From assembly GCF_000743755.1 (NCBI RefSeq), contig NW_014569467.1, positions 1-36,665 of the forward strand: 36,665 bases of DNA. The letters are read 5' to 3'. Source of the DNA: Blastocystis sp. subtype 4. Lineage: Eukaryota. Shown here one piece after another: positions 24,406-36,584 of the stretch (positions are counted from its first letter, which is position 1; each line of letters begins with the position of its first letter). The position numbers and the translations under genes are program-made. The notes below the pieces were generated by a model. The model ran no database searches. It saw nothing but the letters and a program-made list of their open reading frames with translations, and was not told the origin of the DNA.

Positions 24406-25423
24406 TTAATGCTTCAATTCATGGTCAGGAAGGTGAGGCAACTTGGCAAATTCCTCCTCATCCACACTCACCACATCATACGTCAAATCCTGCAGTTCAC
24501 GGGCATCTGGACGAGGCACCACAGCAGGAGTGTCATCCTCGTCATCGAACTCAGGAGGCAAACGATCATAGATGAGACCACGACGTTCAGGATGGACAGT
24601 GTTGGGATTCGGGTTGTAGGCATAGGTGATATCACGAATACGCTTGTCTTCAGCATCAGCTGCATCCACTAACAGATCCTCATACGACTTGCTTGTTTCC
24701 GTAAAGTGCATCTTTGCACTCTTTGAAACCGCATCGCACATTTCCTTAATCTCTTGTTTCTCTTTCTCTGTCAAATCTCGAACTTTGCGAGCCGGAATGC
24801 CAGACCACATCTCACCACTTCCAATTGTTTTTCGAGGAGTAACAACAGAACCAGGAGCAATTGCGGCTCCTTCACAGATATGGGCACCATCGAGGACAAC
24901 AACACCTTCGCCAATCAAACAGTTGTCATCAATTGTGCAAGCATGAATGATAGCTCCATTATCTACATGCCACTCCACTCTTTCGATTACCTATGAAGCA
25001 GTTGTCACCAATATAGGCAGGAATCTGATTTGGAGGACTGTCGACATGCACGACGACGTTATCGCGCAAATGAGTATTTGTACCGATTCGAATAGGAGCT
25101 ACATCGGCTAATCTTAACATTTCCATTGAAAAACGCTACCTCTAATCGTTGTTCCATACCAGATGGAAGAATCCTTTCCAATCAGAGTATCTCCTGACAC
25201 AGTCGCTGTAGGGGCGATAAATGATGCCTTTGAAACACGAGGAGCATGATGCTGAAAACATTCAATGCGAGATGACGGCAACACTAATAGTCACAAGAAC
25301 AACGCATTCATTCCTACATTCTTCAATAACAGCACATCTACCTTCCATCTTGATTCCCATCTTATCAATTCCTCTTCCTAGGGACTTGCACATCTTTCCA
25401 ACGGTTCTCAGACATGCTTCCAT
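24406..25423 (-). CDS. Gamma carbonic anhydrase-like protein (complex I-associated type)
   Basis: MEACLRTVGKMCKSLGRGIDKMG resembles the mitochondrial gamma-CA N-terminal helix; hexapeptide repeats (IIHACTIDDNCLIGEG; WSGIPARKVRDL). Confidence 0.88.
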
Positions 25424-25537
25424 TATTGAAAACTAGGTGTGATGGCAGAATAAAATACCCCACTTTCACGGACCAAAGACCAAAACAATGGATCTGTAAT
25501 GATTGAACTATATTTGCAACAAACACTCTTCATGCAA

Positions 25538-27221
25538 CTATATCACTTCAGCATTCGAAGTGTCATTCGTTTCATCTCCTTCTCGAATGTAACTAGCAAT
25601 ATAACCTCTACACAGAGGACACTGTTTTATCATACAGACACAATACCTGCAAACAAGTTTATGTCTGCACGGCAATAAAATAACATCGTTAAGATTGGAA
25701 AAGCAGATTATACATTCATTATTCTTTCCATTCTCATTTCCATTAGAAAGGTAAATTGACTAATCGTTATCCCTTGGTTATACACCTACCCGAGGAATAA
25801 AAACTCCATCGCCACAGATATTCACTCGACGAATCAGAGTTGGTGAAACAGTTCGTAAGAAGTGAATGACAAGAATCTGAATAAATTTCGGTTTTGTGTG
25901 TCGAATCTTGGGATTGGACGATTCGCTGAGTCTCCGACTATTCTCCACTTTGGAGGGACGAACAAGGAGTCTCTGGCGTTCTTCCCTTGTCTGTTCCTTT
26001 ATTCGATCACTTGGCGCTCGATTCCCGTTTCCCACAGGTGAATTCTCTATTCCGTTGGAACTACAGTCAATCCTTCCTTTCAAGACTACCTGGAGTAATC
26101 CCGACTCATAGAGCGAGACTCGTGGATTCCCTCGGATTCTCGTCGTGGTTCATCCCAGAGAATCATCACCAATGGAAGAATCTCATTTGCTGCTCCTATA
26201 GCATGTTGATTGGTCTTTGAAGCAGATGAAGAGGATCGGCCCTTCGATGGATTCTCGCTTGGTCGTTGTGAAAAGATTGAAGACCGATATGAAGAACGCA
26301 AAAGGGAAGTTTGGGAATTGACTTGACGCAACATCTGCAAGTCGGATAATTGCTCTGAGAAGATTGCCAACGATTCCGCATTCAAGTGATATGATGGTAG
26401 TTCCGCTATGCAATAAGATAACGAAAGAGTCAATACAAAACATTCGATCCGAAACAGGCATGTTATACGATCGAGATGCATTTGCGGAAAAAACCGAAGA
26501 GCATCCATTCTTAGCACTTCCGCGAAAAGCCTACAGTTACAGACACTCTCTTTACCTACTTCTAGAATATCCTGAAAAGTTGCTGTAGTAGCACGATCAT
26601 TGGTACCCAAAAACGGATTTAGAAAACTCCGACGAAAGGTTGGATCTTTATCACAAATCACTACTCATCAACCAACAGATGAAGACGTACCTTTCGCCAA
26701 ATCCTTGCAACATCGCTTAAAACTCGATGCAGGAACAGACCAAAAGAGTTGACCAGAATACTGGGCAACAGCATCAACAGTAAAATGAATCTCCTTCGTT
26801 CCATCCTCCTTCGTCTGTAATTGATTCCCCTCTTCGATTCTTACTTCCATCCTGAGACTGTCTCGATTTAAAACACACGGAATCACCACCTGTTCTATAG
26901 GAATGGGTTTACAACCCGAATTGTATTCCAAATACTTTGTTAAGTGCTCAGGTGTGAATTGGCGCAAAATATCCACATCTGTTCCCAACATATCAAACAC
27001 AAGAGCATTATTGCTGGTTAAATGAGATCCAAGTTCCTTGATATGTCTCTCTTTCACTGCAATTCGGAAAAACCCTACACTAAAAACAAAGAAACGGAAT
27101 TACAAACAAAAAGCGAAACAATCGTAGCAACGATGAACAAATTGTATACCTCGGCTGCCAACAAGGAATCCACTCCATCATCATTCAACGGATTAAAAAC
27201 CGCCGATGAAGATCTCCCCAT
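25538..27221 (-). CDS. RING-finger E3 ubiquitin ligase (C3HC4; MGRN1/CGRRF1-like)
   Basis: C-terminal ECIICFSNLNDVILLPCRHKLVCRYCVCMIKQCPLCRG; N-terminal MGRSSS followed by a hydrophobic segment. Start is approximate. Confidence 0.75.
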
Positions 27222-27359
27222 TATTTTGTTCAATACAGGAAGTAAGAGAAACCCTTGCTTCATCAGCCTGTACGTATACGTGAACAACTTTGTTAATATA
27301 GTCTTCTTTGGGATCCCAACTACTACGAAATGGATCAGAAACTGTATCCAACAAACAAA

Positions 27360-28112
27360 TCACTCTTGCTTCTCTTTTACATCATTACCAAAGAAATAGA
27401 GATAATACCCATATATCGAAACACAAAGAAGAGGAATATGCATAACAACCAAAGGAATTTGATGATACCATGTGAATAACACAATTGCACTCACTCCAAA
27501 GATGGAACATACTAGAGTGAGAAGACCGACAAGTCGCCGATTGACATGAGGATAGTATAGGAGAAGAATCGAAAGGAGAGTAGGAGCAACATAACAGAAA
27601 GCAGCACCACTTTCACTATGGACAAGAGAATGGAGTGAGAAGTCCCATCGGCACATCGAATTATCACACGTCACAGGATACCAAAGGAGGATAGGGAAGA
27701 ACAGGAGGAGCCACAGACGATTCTTATGTAGATTCTCAATTTTGAATTGGTTCTGTCTGACAACCATCTCATAGACAAAGTAGCAAGCTATATACACAAT
27801 AGGTACTGAGTTCGACACAACCCACACATAATCCCATTCTTCAATATCGGCCATAGATTGAAAGATACCAATCAACATCATCGAAACAAATCCAAAGAGA
27901 CAGAAAAGACTATTCCATCCGCAAAAGGCAGCTAGTAAACACACAATCCATACCAATTTGATATATGGGAATAGTTGCGGGTACATAAACGAATAAGGAT
28001 GCAAGAGAACCTTATAGATAACAGAAGGATAATCCGGATATTCGATGTCACTATCGCAGACCGGTTTCATAAAGATGAAGCTTAGGAGAATAAACACAAA
28101 TGGATATAGCAT
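27360..28112 (-). CDS. Intronless polytopic membrane protein of unknown function
   Basis: 250-aa ORF with about 7-8 hydrophobic segments; TGTTTGTT lies 4 nt after the T of its TGA. Confidence 0.8.
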   Translation of the reverse strand: MLYPFVFILLSFIFMKPVCDSDIEYPDYPSVIYKVLLHPYSFMYPQLFPYIKLVWIVCLLAAFCGWNSLFCLFGFVSMMLIGIFQSMADIEEWDYVWVVSNSVPIVYIACYFVYEMVVRQNQFKIENLHKNRLWLLLFFPILLWYPVTCDNSMCRWDFSLHSLVHSESGAAFCYVAPTLLSILLLYYPHVNRRLVGLLTLVCSIFGVSAIVLFTWYHQIPLVVMHIPLLCVSIYGYYLYFFGNDVKEKQE

Positions 28113-28228
28113 TTCTTAAAAGAATAAATGAGTGTCGCAACACAAACATATTCTTAGTCATGTGGATAGTCTGTATCTCCAACAAACAGATAAGGAGGAA
28201 TCTTCTTCATAAGCAGAGAATGGGAACA

Positions 28229-28807
28229 TTATGTATGAGGCTTCTCCTTCTTTCCACGGAACAGAGCGAGGAGAGAAGTCTTGGAGACACACACCACCTT
28301 GAAACGGACTCCCGGAATATCACCCACAGCGTGACCAGAACGACCGAATCCAGCAATCAGAACCTCATCGTTCTCATCCACAAAGTTCAGACAACCATCA
28401 CGAGGAACGAAAGCAGTGATTTTCTTTCCGTTCTTGATCAACTGAACACGGACGCACTTACGAATGGCAGAGTTAGGCTGCTTAGCCTCTACTCCACTAT
28501 CCCTCATTCAGATACATGAAACACCTACACCTTCTCAAGAACGATTCCCTTAGCCATAGTGGCTCCTCCAAGGACATTAGCCTTAATCGAAGAGATGTTG
28601 TGTCCCTTCTTGTAAGTCTAGACGATAAAACCGTATTCAAGAACCAATCACCTTATCGGCCCATCTCTCGTTACGACGAACCACACGAAGTTTACGAGCA
28701 GCACGAATACCACAAGGTTTTCTAAATGAAATGTGAGAAACCGTTCCCAAACACAATTCAGTTTGTAGCTCCTATTTTACTCTCACGAGGACCTACCCTT
28801 TACCCAT
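28229..28807 (-). CDS. RPS23: 40S ribosomal protein S23 (uS12)
   Basis: [50 protein letters not shown]. The first intron is 28796-28722 (75 nt). Confidence 0.97.
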
Positions 28808-29154
28808 TCTTGTTAGACTCGAAAGATATGAAGAAGATAAATAGTCTAAAGAGTTGAGAAAAGTGACAGGCCTTGGTTGGTTATTAGCAATCGATTTTTA
28901 CCATATTCGATTTGTAGGCCAAAAGAACCGATTTCTTTGAATAGGAACTTTAACACATTCTCACAATGTTGAATCGGATGAAGACACAGTACAAAATGAT
29001 AATTCTACTCCACCGGGAACATGTGTATAGGTGATGCTTCGTTCTGCATATTCTTGGTCATCTTCTACTTTACAATGCATTGATATTGTTATCAGGATTC
29101 CAATCTCCATCATTCTTTCAAAGACTTCTATACTTCATTTCTTTTTATCGATCA

Positions 29155-30633
29155 ATGAACGCAAAATCATGTATTGAAGCACTTCGTCAGAAGTTTCCTC
29201 AATTTGCTGACAGATACACGGAGTTCCTCAATTTGTATGAAAAGCGGTAGGATATTGTTAGTCATACTGATAAATAGTCTATGGTATCAATTAACGGTAT
29301 CTTTAGTTGATTTTACGCAGAATGAGGATAACTACATTGTTGATAATATGATTACTGTAGGTATCTCTTGTTGCATCGAATCATCTAACTTCTATTTAGT
29401 TATATGCCGGATTTATTGCAAACTGTGAAGCTCGATTTGATCCACTGGAATATGCTATTCTTGTGTGTAACATTAGCAGACAATATTATCCTGGTAGTAG
29501 TTCTTCTCTTCGGTGATTCGTAGATTATCTCAACACTCTGGAGTTTATTAAGACTGTAGGTGCTGTAGGTGAAGCAAAAACGGTATTTCGCAACCATGTT
29601 GAACGAAAGGAAGCTGTAACCACCTCTGATGTTGTGTTGGAGGAACTCTTTTATTTCTAGAAGGAGAGTATGACCCGTCGTGATAAGATTGGAGAGAATG
29701 CATTCATTCGATACGTTCTTGAAGTTGCTTGGTTGTATGTGAAGCTGAATCAGACCGATATGGCTATGGAGTATTTGGAAGAAGTGAAGGCTCTGTTAGA
29801 TCATCAGTCAGTTCCTCCTTCTCGTCTCTACTCCATCTATTATCGTGTAAGTATTGATTTATCTCGAGTATGTTGAATGGGGTAACAGTCATGCCTAGTG
29901 TGTAATGGATGTGGATAAGACATACTTTAATTCAATCAAATGGCTCGCATATACACCTCTTTCATCCATGACAACTGAAGAGAAGAATGTGATTGTTCGA
30001 GATTTGTTGTATATGTGATAGTCTGTATGCATTGTAGGAAATGTGCCTTGTTGAGTCAAGAAGTTTATGCCTTTGGTGATGTTCTAACTACAGAAATTCG
30101 TACTATTGCTGCTCAAGGTGGATATCCTTGGTTGTACGAACTCTTGCTTCTCGTGAATAAAGGCGAGGTCGCACGATGGAATGAGGCTAAGGAACTCTAC
30201 AAGCCAATGATGCTGAGTGACCCAAGTTTTGAAGGGAAACTTGACGTGGTGGATGAAAAGGTAGCTCTATTAGCTCTATTAGAACTGGTATTCCATCGCC
30301 CTACAACTGATCGTTGTCTTCGGTTTGAGGACATATCATCCTGTTGCCAGATTGAATTGAACAGGGTTTGAGAGGTTAGTTCCTGTGATTTGTAGATTGA
30401 ACCCTTTCTGATTCGTGGAGCCAGTCTGGGACTCTTCAAATGTCGTATCAATCAAATTGAACAAAAGGTCGTTTTCACATGGCTACAATCGCGTGTATGC
30501 TGTTCCTGATGAGATTTACTTATAGATTCTGGATGCAGAGCAGGTGGCTACGATGTCAAATATGCTCAAGAACTGGAGTCAGAATATTCATGACACCTTG
30601 CTATATGTGACAAAGATGGCTACTGAAAATTGA
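29155..30633 (+). CDS. PSMD13: 26S proteasome lid subunit RPN9/PSMD13
   Basis: LYEKRLWYQLT, EVYAFGDVL, KVALLALLELVF and VFTWLQSRILD; PCI domain; many short introns. Confidence 0.88.
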
Positions 30634-30700
30634 AAGGTCTGTTTGTTTAATGAAATAACCGCGGGGTCCGTGTATTGAATTATCTCAAAGAATCCTTGAA

Positions 30701-32004
30701 ATGAAGTACTGTACGATTGCTCTTATCTTGGCTATTGCTGTATGAAAGACCTGAATGATTATTACCTTACAGACTGCTGCTGTTATGCCTCTTACGCATG
30801 AGAACTTTGACGAGGTTGTGGATGGAAGTAAGAACGTTTTTGTCAAGTTCTATGCTCCTGTACGCGATGCTTGTGTTGTTTCTGAGTTTAGTGGTGTGGT
30901 CATTGCCAGGCACTCGCACCAGAGTACGAGATTGTTGGAGATTCCTTCTCAAATACGTGGAAATGATCTGATCGGATGACTTCTAGTGAATCTGTTGTTA
31001 TTGCCGAAGTGAATGCTGATGAGGATCGGGTTCTGGCCGAACGATTCGAGATTCAGGGATTTCCTACCCTGAAGTTCTTCCCTGCAGGAGAGACTGTTGA
31101 AGCTGTCGATTACAAGGAGGAGCGCAGTGCAGAGGCAATTATCAAGTTCATCAATGAGCGCGCTGGTAGCTTCTGAAAAGAGGTATGATCCTTAGGAACC
31201 AATGTGAAAGCCAAGGTTCCCGTGTCGAGTGTGAAGGTTCTTACTCCATCCAACTTCGATGAAGTTGTGAAGAACTCCGGAAAGGTCGTCTTCGTCAAGT
31301 TCTATGCTCCCGTAGGTTCAGGTCACGAGACTGATGGTTAGTGGTGCGGTCATTGTAAGCATCTGGCTCCTACCTATCAGAAGTTGGGAGATGTATTCCA
31401 GGAGGAGCCCAGTGTGATCATTGCCGAACTGGATGCTGATGCCCATCGTGATATTGCCCAGACCTATGGCGTGACTGGTTTCCCCACGCTTAAGGTGCTC
31501 TCACTTTGATCTTGTCATCTGTAGATCTTCGTGAACGGTGAGCCAAAGGAGTACAACGGTGATCGCTCTCTGGAGGATATGGTGGAGTTTGTGAATAATG
31601 CTGCTGGAACTGCTCGCCGTAGTGATGGCACTGTGGACACTTCTTATGGTCGTATTCCTGAAATTGATGCCATTCTGGCTAACATCAAGACTCTGAGTGA
31701 GGAGAACATGGCGAAGGTGAAGGAGGCACTAGAGAAGGTTCCTGAGCAGATGGAAGCCAACAAGAAGGTCTATGAGAATCTGATGAAGAAGATTAAGGAG
31801 AAGGGAGTGGAATATCTGGATACAGAGAAGGCTAGAATTCAGAGATTCTTGATGAGTGACAGTGTGTCTAAGCTGAAGAAGGGTGCTTTTAGAATCCGCA
31901 GCAATGTGCTGGATGCTTTCAACTCTCTAAAACCAGTGACAGCTGAGACGACTGAAACAGCTGAGACGACTGAAACAGCTGAGAAGTCTGACGAAGAATT
32001 GTAA
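30701..32004 (+). CDS. Protein disulfide isomerase (a-a'-D type, ERp38-like) with ER-retention signal
   Basis: Signal peptide, two FYAPWCGHC thioredoxin domains, an ERp29-like helical C-terminal domain, and a DEEL ending. Confidence 0.93.
31939..31984 (+). repeat. 18-nt coding tandem repeat (about 2.5 copies) encoding TAETTE
   Basis: acagctgagacgactgaa occurs twice, followed by acagctgaga. Confidence 0.95.
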
Positions 32005-32057
32005 GGGTGAACCTGTTTGTTCTCAAACAGAATAGATAAGAATAGAATACACAAAAA

Positions 32058-33012
32058 CTAGCTTTGGTTGTCTAGCAGAATACCGATTTCCGAGTCATCC
32101 GAGTCAACAAATCGCATATCATCGTGATTATCATTACACTATACATGAATCCCTTTCGTAATATTCCACTTCATATTCAAAAGGGGAAAGGCTTTGATAG
32201 ACTCCACGCCTACATCTAATATCAAACATACAACGATACCGAGAAAAGCTGGCAAACATCACCTCTTGATCATATAAAACGGAGTCATTCATTCGAGGAG
32301 AGCGAGGCGTCAGTCCATGCGTTCCTACGGGCGTTCGATGCTCTATACTCGGTTTCTCCACATGAACGGGTTCAACCTTTTCAACTATTTCGGATGGATT
32401 TGTAATCTCACTCAGATTCGGCGAGAGAGTTGCCGCACTCGTATCGCTCGGTTCAGTCTTTTCGCGTTCAACAGTATGCTTAGAATGTGAAGAAAAGTCC
32501 TTGCTCTTCTTACGGTTGAACGAAACAAGGGTACGTGAAGGTGCCTACGACTCACACCCAACAACCTCCTATACGGCATTACTTAACTTCTGAAAGTACT
32601 TTTGAGCATGGGTACGAACCTGGACGACTGTACGTGTTGGAATCTATATGGAACTGAAACAGAGAGAAAACTTCGTTAGCAATCGCTTTCCAGTCTTTTC
32701 CAAACTTCTGGAGTCCTTGAAGGAAGAGTTCATGTTCTGTTGCACTCCAGCGCCCTACAACGATACTGCGAGCAACTCGACAAATACCTGAATTTTCCTT
32801 CACGACAGGCTCGTGATCTCGATCCTACAGAAATAAATACCAACCCCAATGAAGTACCACTTCCACAATTGAAAAAACGTTCTGTGCATCCCTATAAACT
32901 GTTATAAAATAATCAAGGATAATTACATATCAGATGCTTCTATATGCGCACTATTTGATGTCACAACAGAACAGAACACTGAACAAAAACCGCGGTTCTT
33001 GACAAAATGCAT
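32058..33012 (-). CDS. SHAQKYF-class Myb transcription factor
   Basis: GRWSATEHELFLQGLQKFGKDWKAIA..PTRTVVQVRTHAQKYF after splicing. The start is uncertain. Confidence 0.85.
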
Positions 33013-33165
33013 GATTGATAATTCTCGTTTTGAAAGTATTCATTCTTGTTACTAGACCACTATAAAGGGGCTTGTAAGATTTCATATTGAAAGGGGATCC
33101 CAATATTTTGATAATGTTGACAATGAACATTCCAGAACTCTATGTACAGACATAATTGATTTGAA

Positions 33166-33971
33166 ATGTCGAAAAAAGAAAACCTTGAAAATGGTAGGAA
33201 CCCTTTCGAGATGGTAATGTAAAGCACTTGAGGAATTGCAGTCATTCGTTTCTCAATCTAAAAATGAACGAGTGCAAGCTATTTTGAATAATGCTATCTC
33301 AACAATTCAGACTGAAATTAAAGTATTTCTTTGTCAAGTATATGATTTGTAGCAGTGTCCTTCTCCAAGTGTTCCTCTAAAAATAGAATCTACATCAAAT
33401 GAGTTATTGCATCCTCGTACTATCTTTCTCTCTTATGTGAGTGTAGGTGTAACTTTTCAGCCTTTACCATCCTTTTATTGGGATCAAAACGATACCTATG
33501 TACTGTAGGGAGTATTGATAAGACTGGACTTGTAGCATCTATTTCACAGATGGTTTAGAAGGAGTGGAGAAACTTAGTTCGGATATGATTGAATGTGACT
33601 TTAGCGAGGAATTGGTCGATATGCGAATCAGAAATTTGAATGGTCATTCGTATCGTTGGTCTCAACGTATCGGTATAAAATGGAAATTATAAATAGGTCT
33701 GAGTCACAGTATTGTCCCAAAGGGTTCCAGTGTGAAGGTCGCGAAAGGTCGTATTATCCTAAAGTTGATGAAGACAAAAGAACATGAATCCTGGTTACAA
33801 CTAGCTCCAGAAGCACGTAAATCTACTATCCACAATAAGGACTCTGAGGGAAATTCGACTGAAGGATTAATGGAGTTGATGAAGAGTATGTATATGAACG
33901 GAGATGACGATATGAAACGAGCTATAGCGGAAGCAATGACAAAAGCACAATCTGGGCTACCCCCTGAGTAA
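33166..33971 (+). CDS. CACYBP: Calcyclin-binding protein (CacyBP/SIP)
   Basis: N-terminal helical hairpin (ALEELQSF..RVQAIL), CS domain (FYWDQND) and SGS-like tail (GLMELMKSMYMNGDDDMKRAIAEA). Confidence 0.85.
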
Positions 33972-34066
33972 GATGATATATGTATTTGAATGAGATGTTT
34001 GTTGAGATATCAGGTGAATAGTTATGTAAGTAATTTTATATGGTATTCTGTCATCATAAAGGCATT

Positions 34067-35265
34067 ATGAACTACAAACCGATTTTAGGAGTTCGAACAA
34101 TCTTCTGGGAGGTAGCAGACAAACTAGTTCTCACACATAGGATGACTGTGTGAAGATGATCAACCAACGAGTTCTTCCTCTAAAATTTGAAATTGTAGAA
34201 TGTATATATTATCATTTTGCTATTCACTATACTAGGTAAATCTGTTAGAGATGTGTTTGTAGCTATTCGAGGTATTTCTTCCTTTTCATTGAGATCTTAG
34301 ATATGACTATTCGAGGTGCTCCTGCAATTGGTGTAGCAGGTGCTTATGGTATGGTATTGGCAGTACATGAGAAAAAACCGGTGTCAAAGGAACAGCTTCT
34401 TTCCCTATTGAGGGATACAAAGGTTTATTTGGATAGTTCACGACCGACAGCAGTGAATCTGATGTGGGCAACAGAACGAGTGATCCGCGAAGCAGAGGGG
34501 TTCGAACCCGATGACTTTGAGGGGCAAATGATTCGTTTAGCTCAAACGATGGCTGATGAGGATGTCCAAATCAATAAGCAGATGGCACAATATGGTGCCT
34601 CTCTCATCCCACAGCAGGCAAATGTGATCCATCACTGCAACACAGGAGCCCTAGCAACAGTGGATATTGGTACTGCTCTAGGGGTAATCTATGGTTCTAT
34701 TCCTTCTTCTGCGTAATTTCTAGAATGTCATTTGCAGGGAAAGAATATCCATGTGTGGGTGGATGAGACTCGACCTCGACTTCAAGGAGCACGTTTGACT
34801 GCTTGGGAACTCCATCAGAGTAAGATTCCATATCATCTTATGGCTGATGGGGCAAGCGGACTCTTGATGCGGACGCATAAGATTGATTGCGTTTTGTTTG
34901 GTGCCGATCGAGTTGCTGCCAACGGTGACGTTGCTAATAAGATTGGTACATATAACGTATAGTGCTTCTTACTTCATGAACGTAGCTTGCCGTTGTAGCT
35001 CATACGAATCATGTACCTGTTTATGCTGTCGTTCCAACATCTACTATTGACCTAAAACTGGCTTCCGGAGATCAGATTCCTATTGAATTTCGAGGGAAAA
35101 GTGAGGTTATTTCGATTGAAGGGAATATGATTGCACCTTCTGATTCGGATGTTTACAATCCAGCATTTGATGTTACTCCTCACGAATTTATTACTGCAAT
35201 TGTAACAGAGAAGGGTATTTGTTATCCTCCTTTCAGCGAATCTCTTCGAGATATTCTATCGTACT
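34067..35265 (+). CDS. MRI1: Methylthioribose-1-phosphate isomerase; stop probably made by polyadenylation
   Basis: [60 protein letters not shown] and NPAFDVTP. Confidence 0.93.
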
Positions 35266-35319
35266 ATCGTGATTGTTCAACAAATAAAATAAAAAATGGA
35301 TGTACAACAAACACTAGCA

Positions 35320-36310
35320 ACTACCTATACAACGTTATGATTGCTCCCAATGAATGAAAAGGTAACACCACGCCATTTCAATTATCACCAAGAGTAGATC
35401 TCTTTGCTAGTTTGGAAAGCCGAATAGTCATAACACCTAGACAATCCAGATAACGTACTAGCATCGATCTTCCTGCGCAAATCTAACATTACTAACCTTA
35501 TATATCGAGTATTACACAGAATGATACTTGAGATAATGACCATTCAATAGTATGTGCAGTGGTTCATTGATTAAGAAGGATTCTCATTCTCTTGATCAAC
35601 AAACAATCGTTCAGTGTCACATGTAATAGGGACCAAAGTAACCCAGTTTGGATGCAGGAGGAGCCATTTCATTCGAAATAGTATGCGGGATTGAACGCCG
35701 ATGCTCATAAACATCAGGAAAGTACTTTGCAGTAGTTGATTTCGTCACATTGTCATCAATATCAGGTACTAGAAGTGAAATTATTCATCGATTACACACC
35801 TTGGGAGCAGGACATGAGGAGTGTTACTTGAATGGCTCCAGCAATCTTGGTAGTATTTTCATAGAAAACCGTAATCCATTTGTCTACAATTACAAGGGTC
35901 TTCGAAGAACCTACCAAAGAGATTATGGTACCGTCGAATGTCCTTCTGTGTAATTTCCGCAAGGAGATGGCTTGGACAGTCCAAGTACGTTCTACCTTTT
36001 CATTCGTGAATCCAGGACGAATACATGTCAAAAGTCACATTCTGTTCACACGAACACTGCTTACATGAGAGGTGGGAAAGAGCGTCTTTCCATCATTCGT
36101 TTAATCCATCACACACTCTTGTAATCCTTTGTTGTCGTCGGTATGACATAATCGGTCTTGTCACAGTGAAGGCGAAGTGACCATTCATCGGGAAGTACGC
36201 CAATTCGAACGTCTCGGATCGTTATTGAGTAGTCATATAATGGATTCATTGAAATAATGAAACGAAGAGAACCAGGATGAAGTTTGACAGAGTCATCTTC
36301 GTTGCTACAG
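35320..36310 (-). CDS. Hypothetical multi-exon gene(s)
   Basis: Open exons with short GT-AG segments. TGTTTGTT at 35605-35598 and 35313-35306 suggests one or two genes; unresolved. Confidence 0.35.
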
Positions 36311-36584
36311 GATTATGTGCACCAGTCGATGGAGAGAAAAGAGACTTAGTTGTAATACTACAGATAGAATCACTGATCTAATGATTATCAACCCACACTG
36401 AACAGTCATATTTGAATCACCGTTTTCTCAGCATTCTTTCGTGTGACATTTGTCTTAGGTATGAATTGGGACAAAAACAAGCGAATTTGGTTGTTTTGTG
36501 AATCGAGGTCCGATTATCAAAGGACCGTTGCTAAACATGTGATTGAAAGCAAGTTGGAGCCATATTCTAACACTGGATGTAGAA

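Noticed and set aside
35320..36310. AMPK beta-subunit identity
   Set aside because: Only a faint resemblance (APP, HILLN, ITLY), and I could not build a consistent spliced frame.
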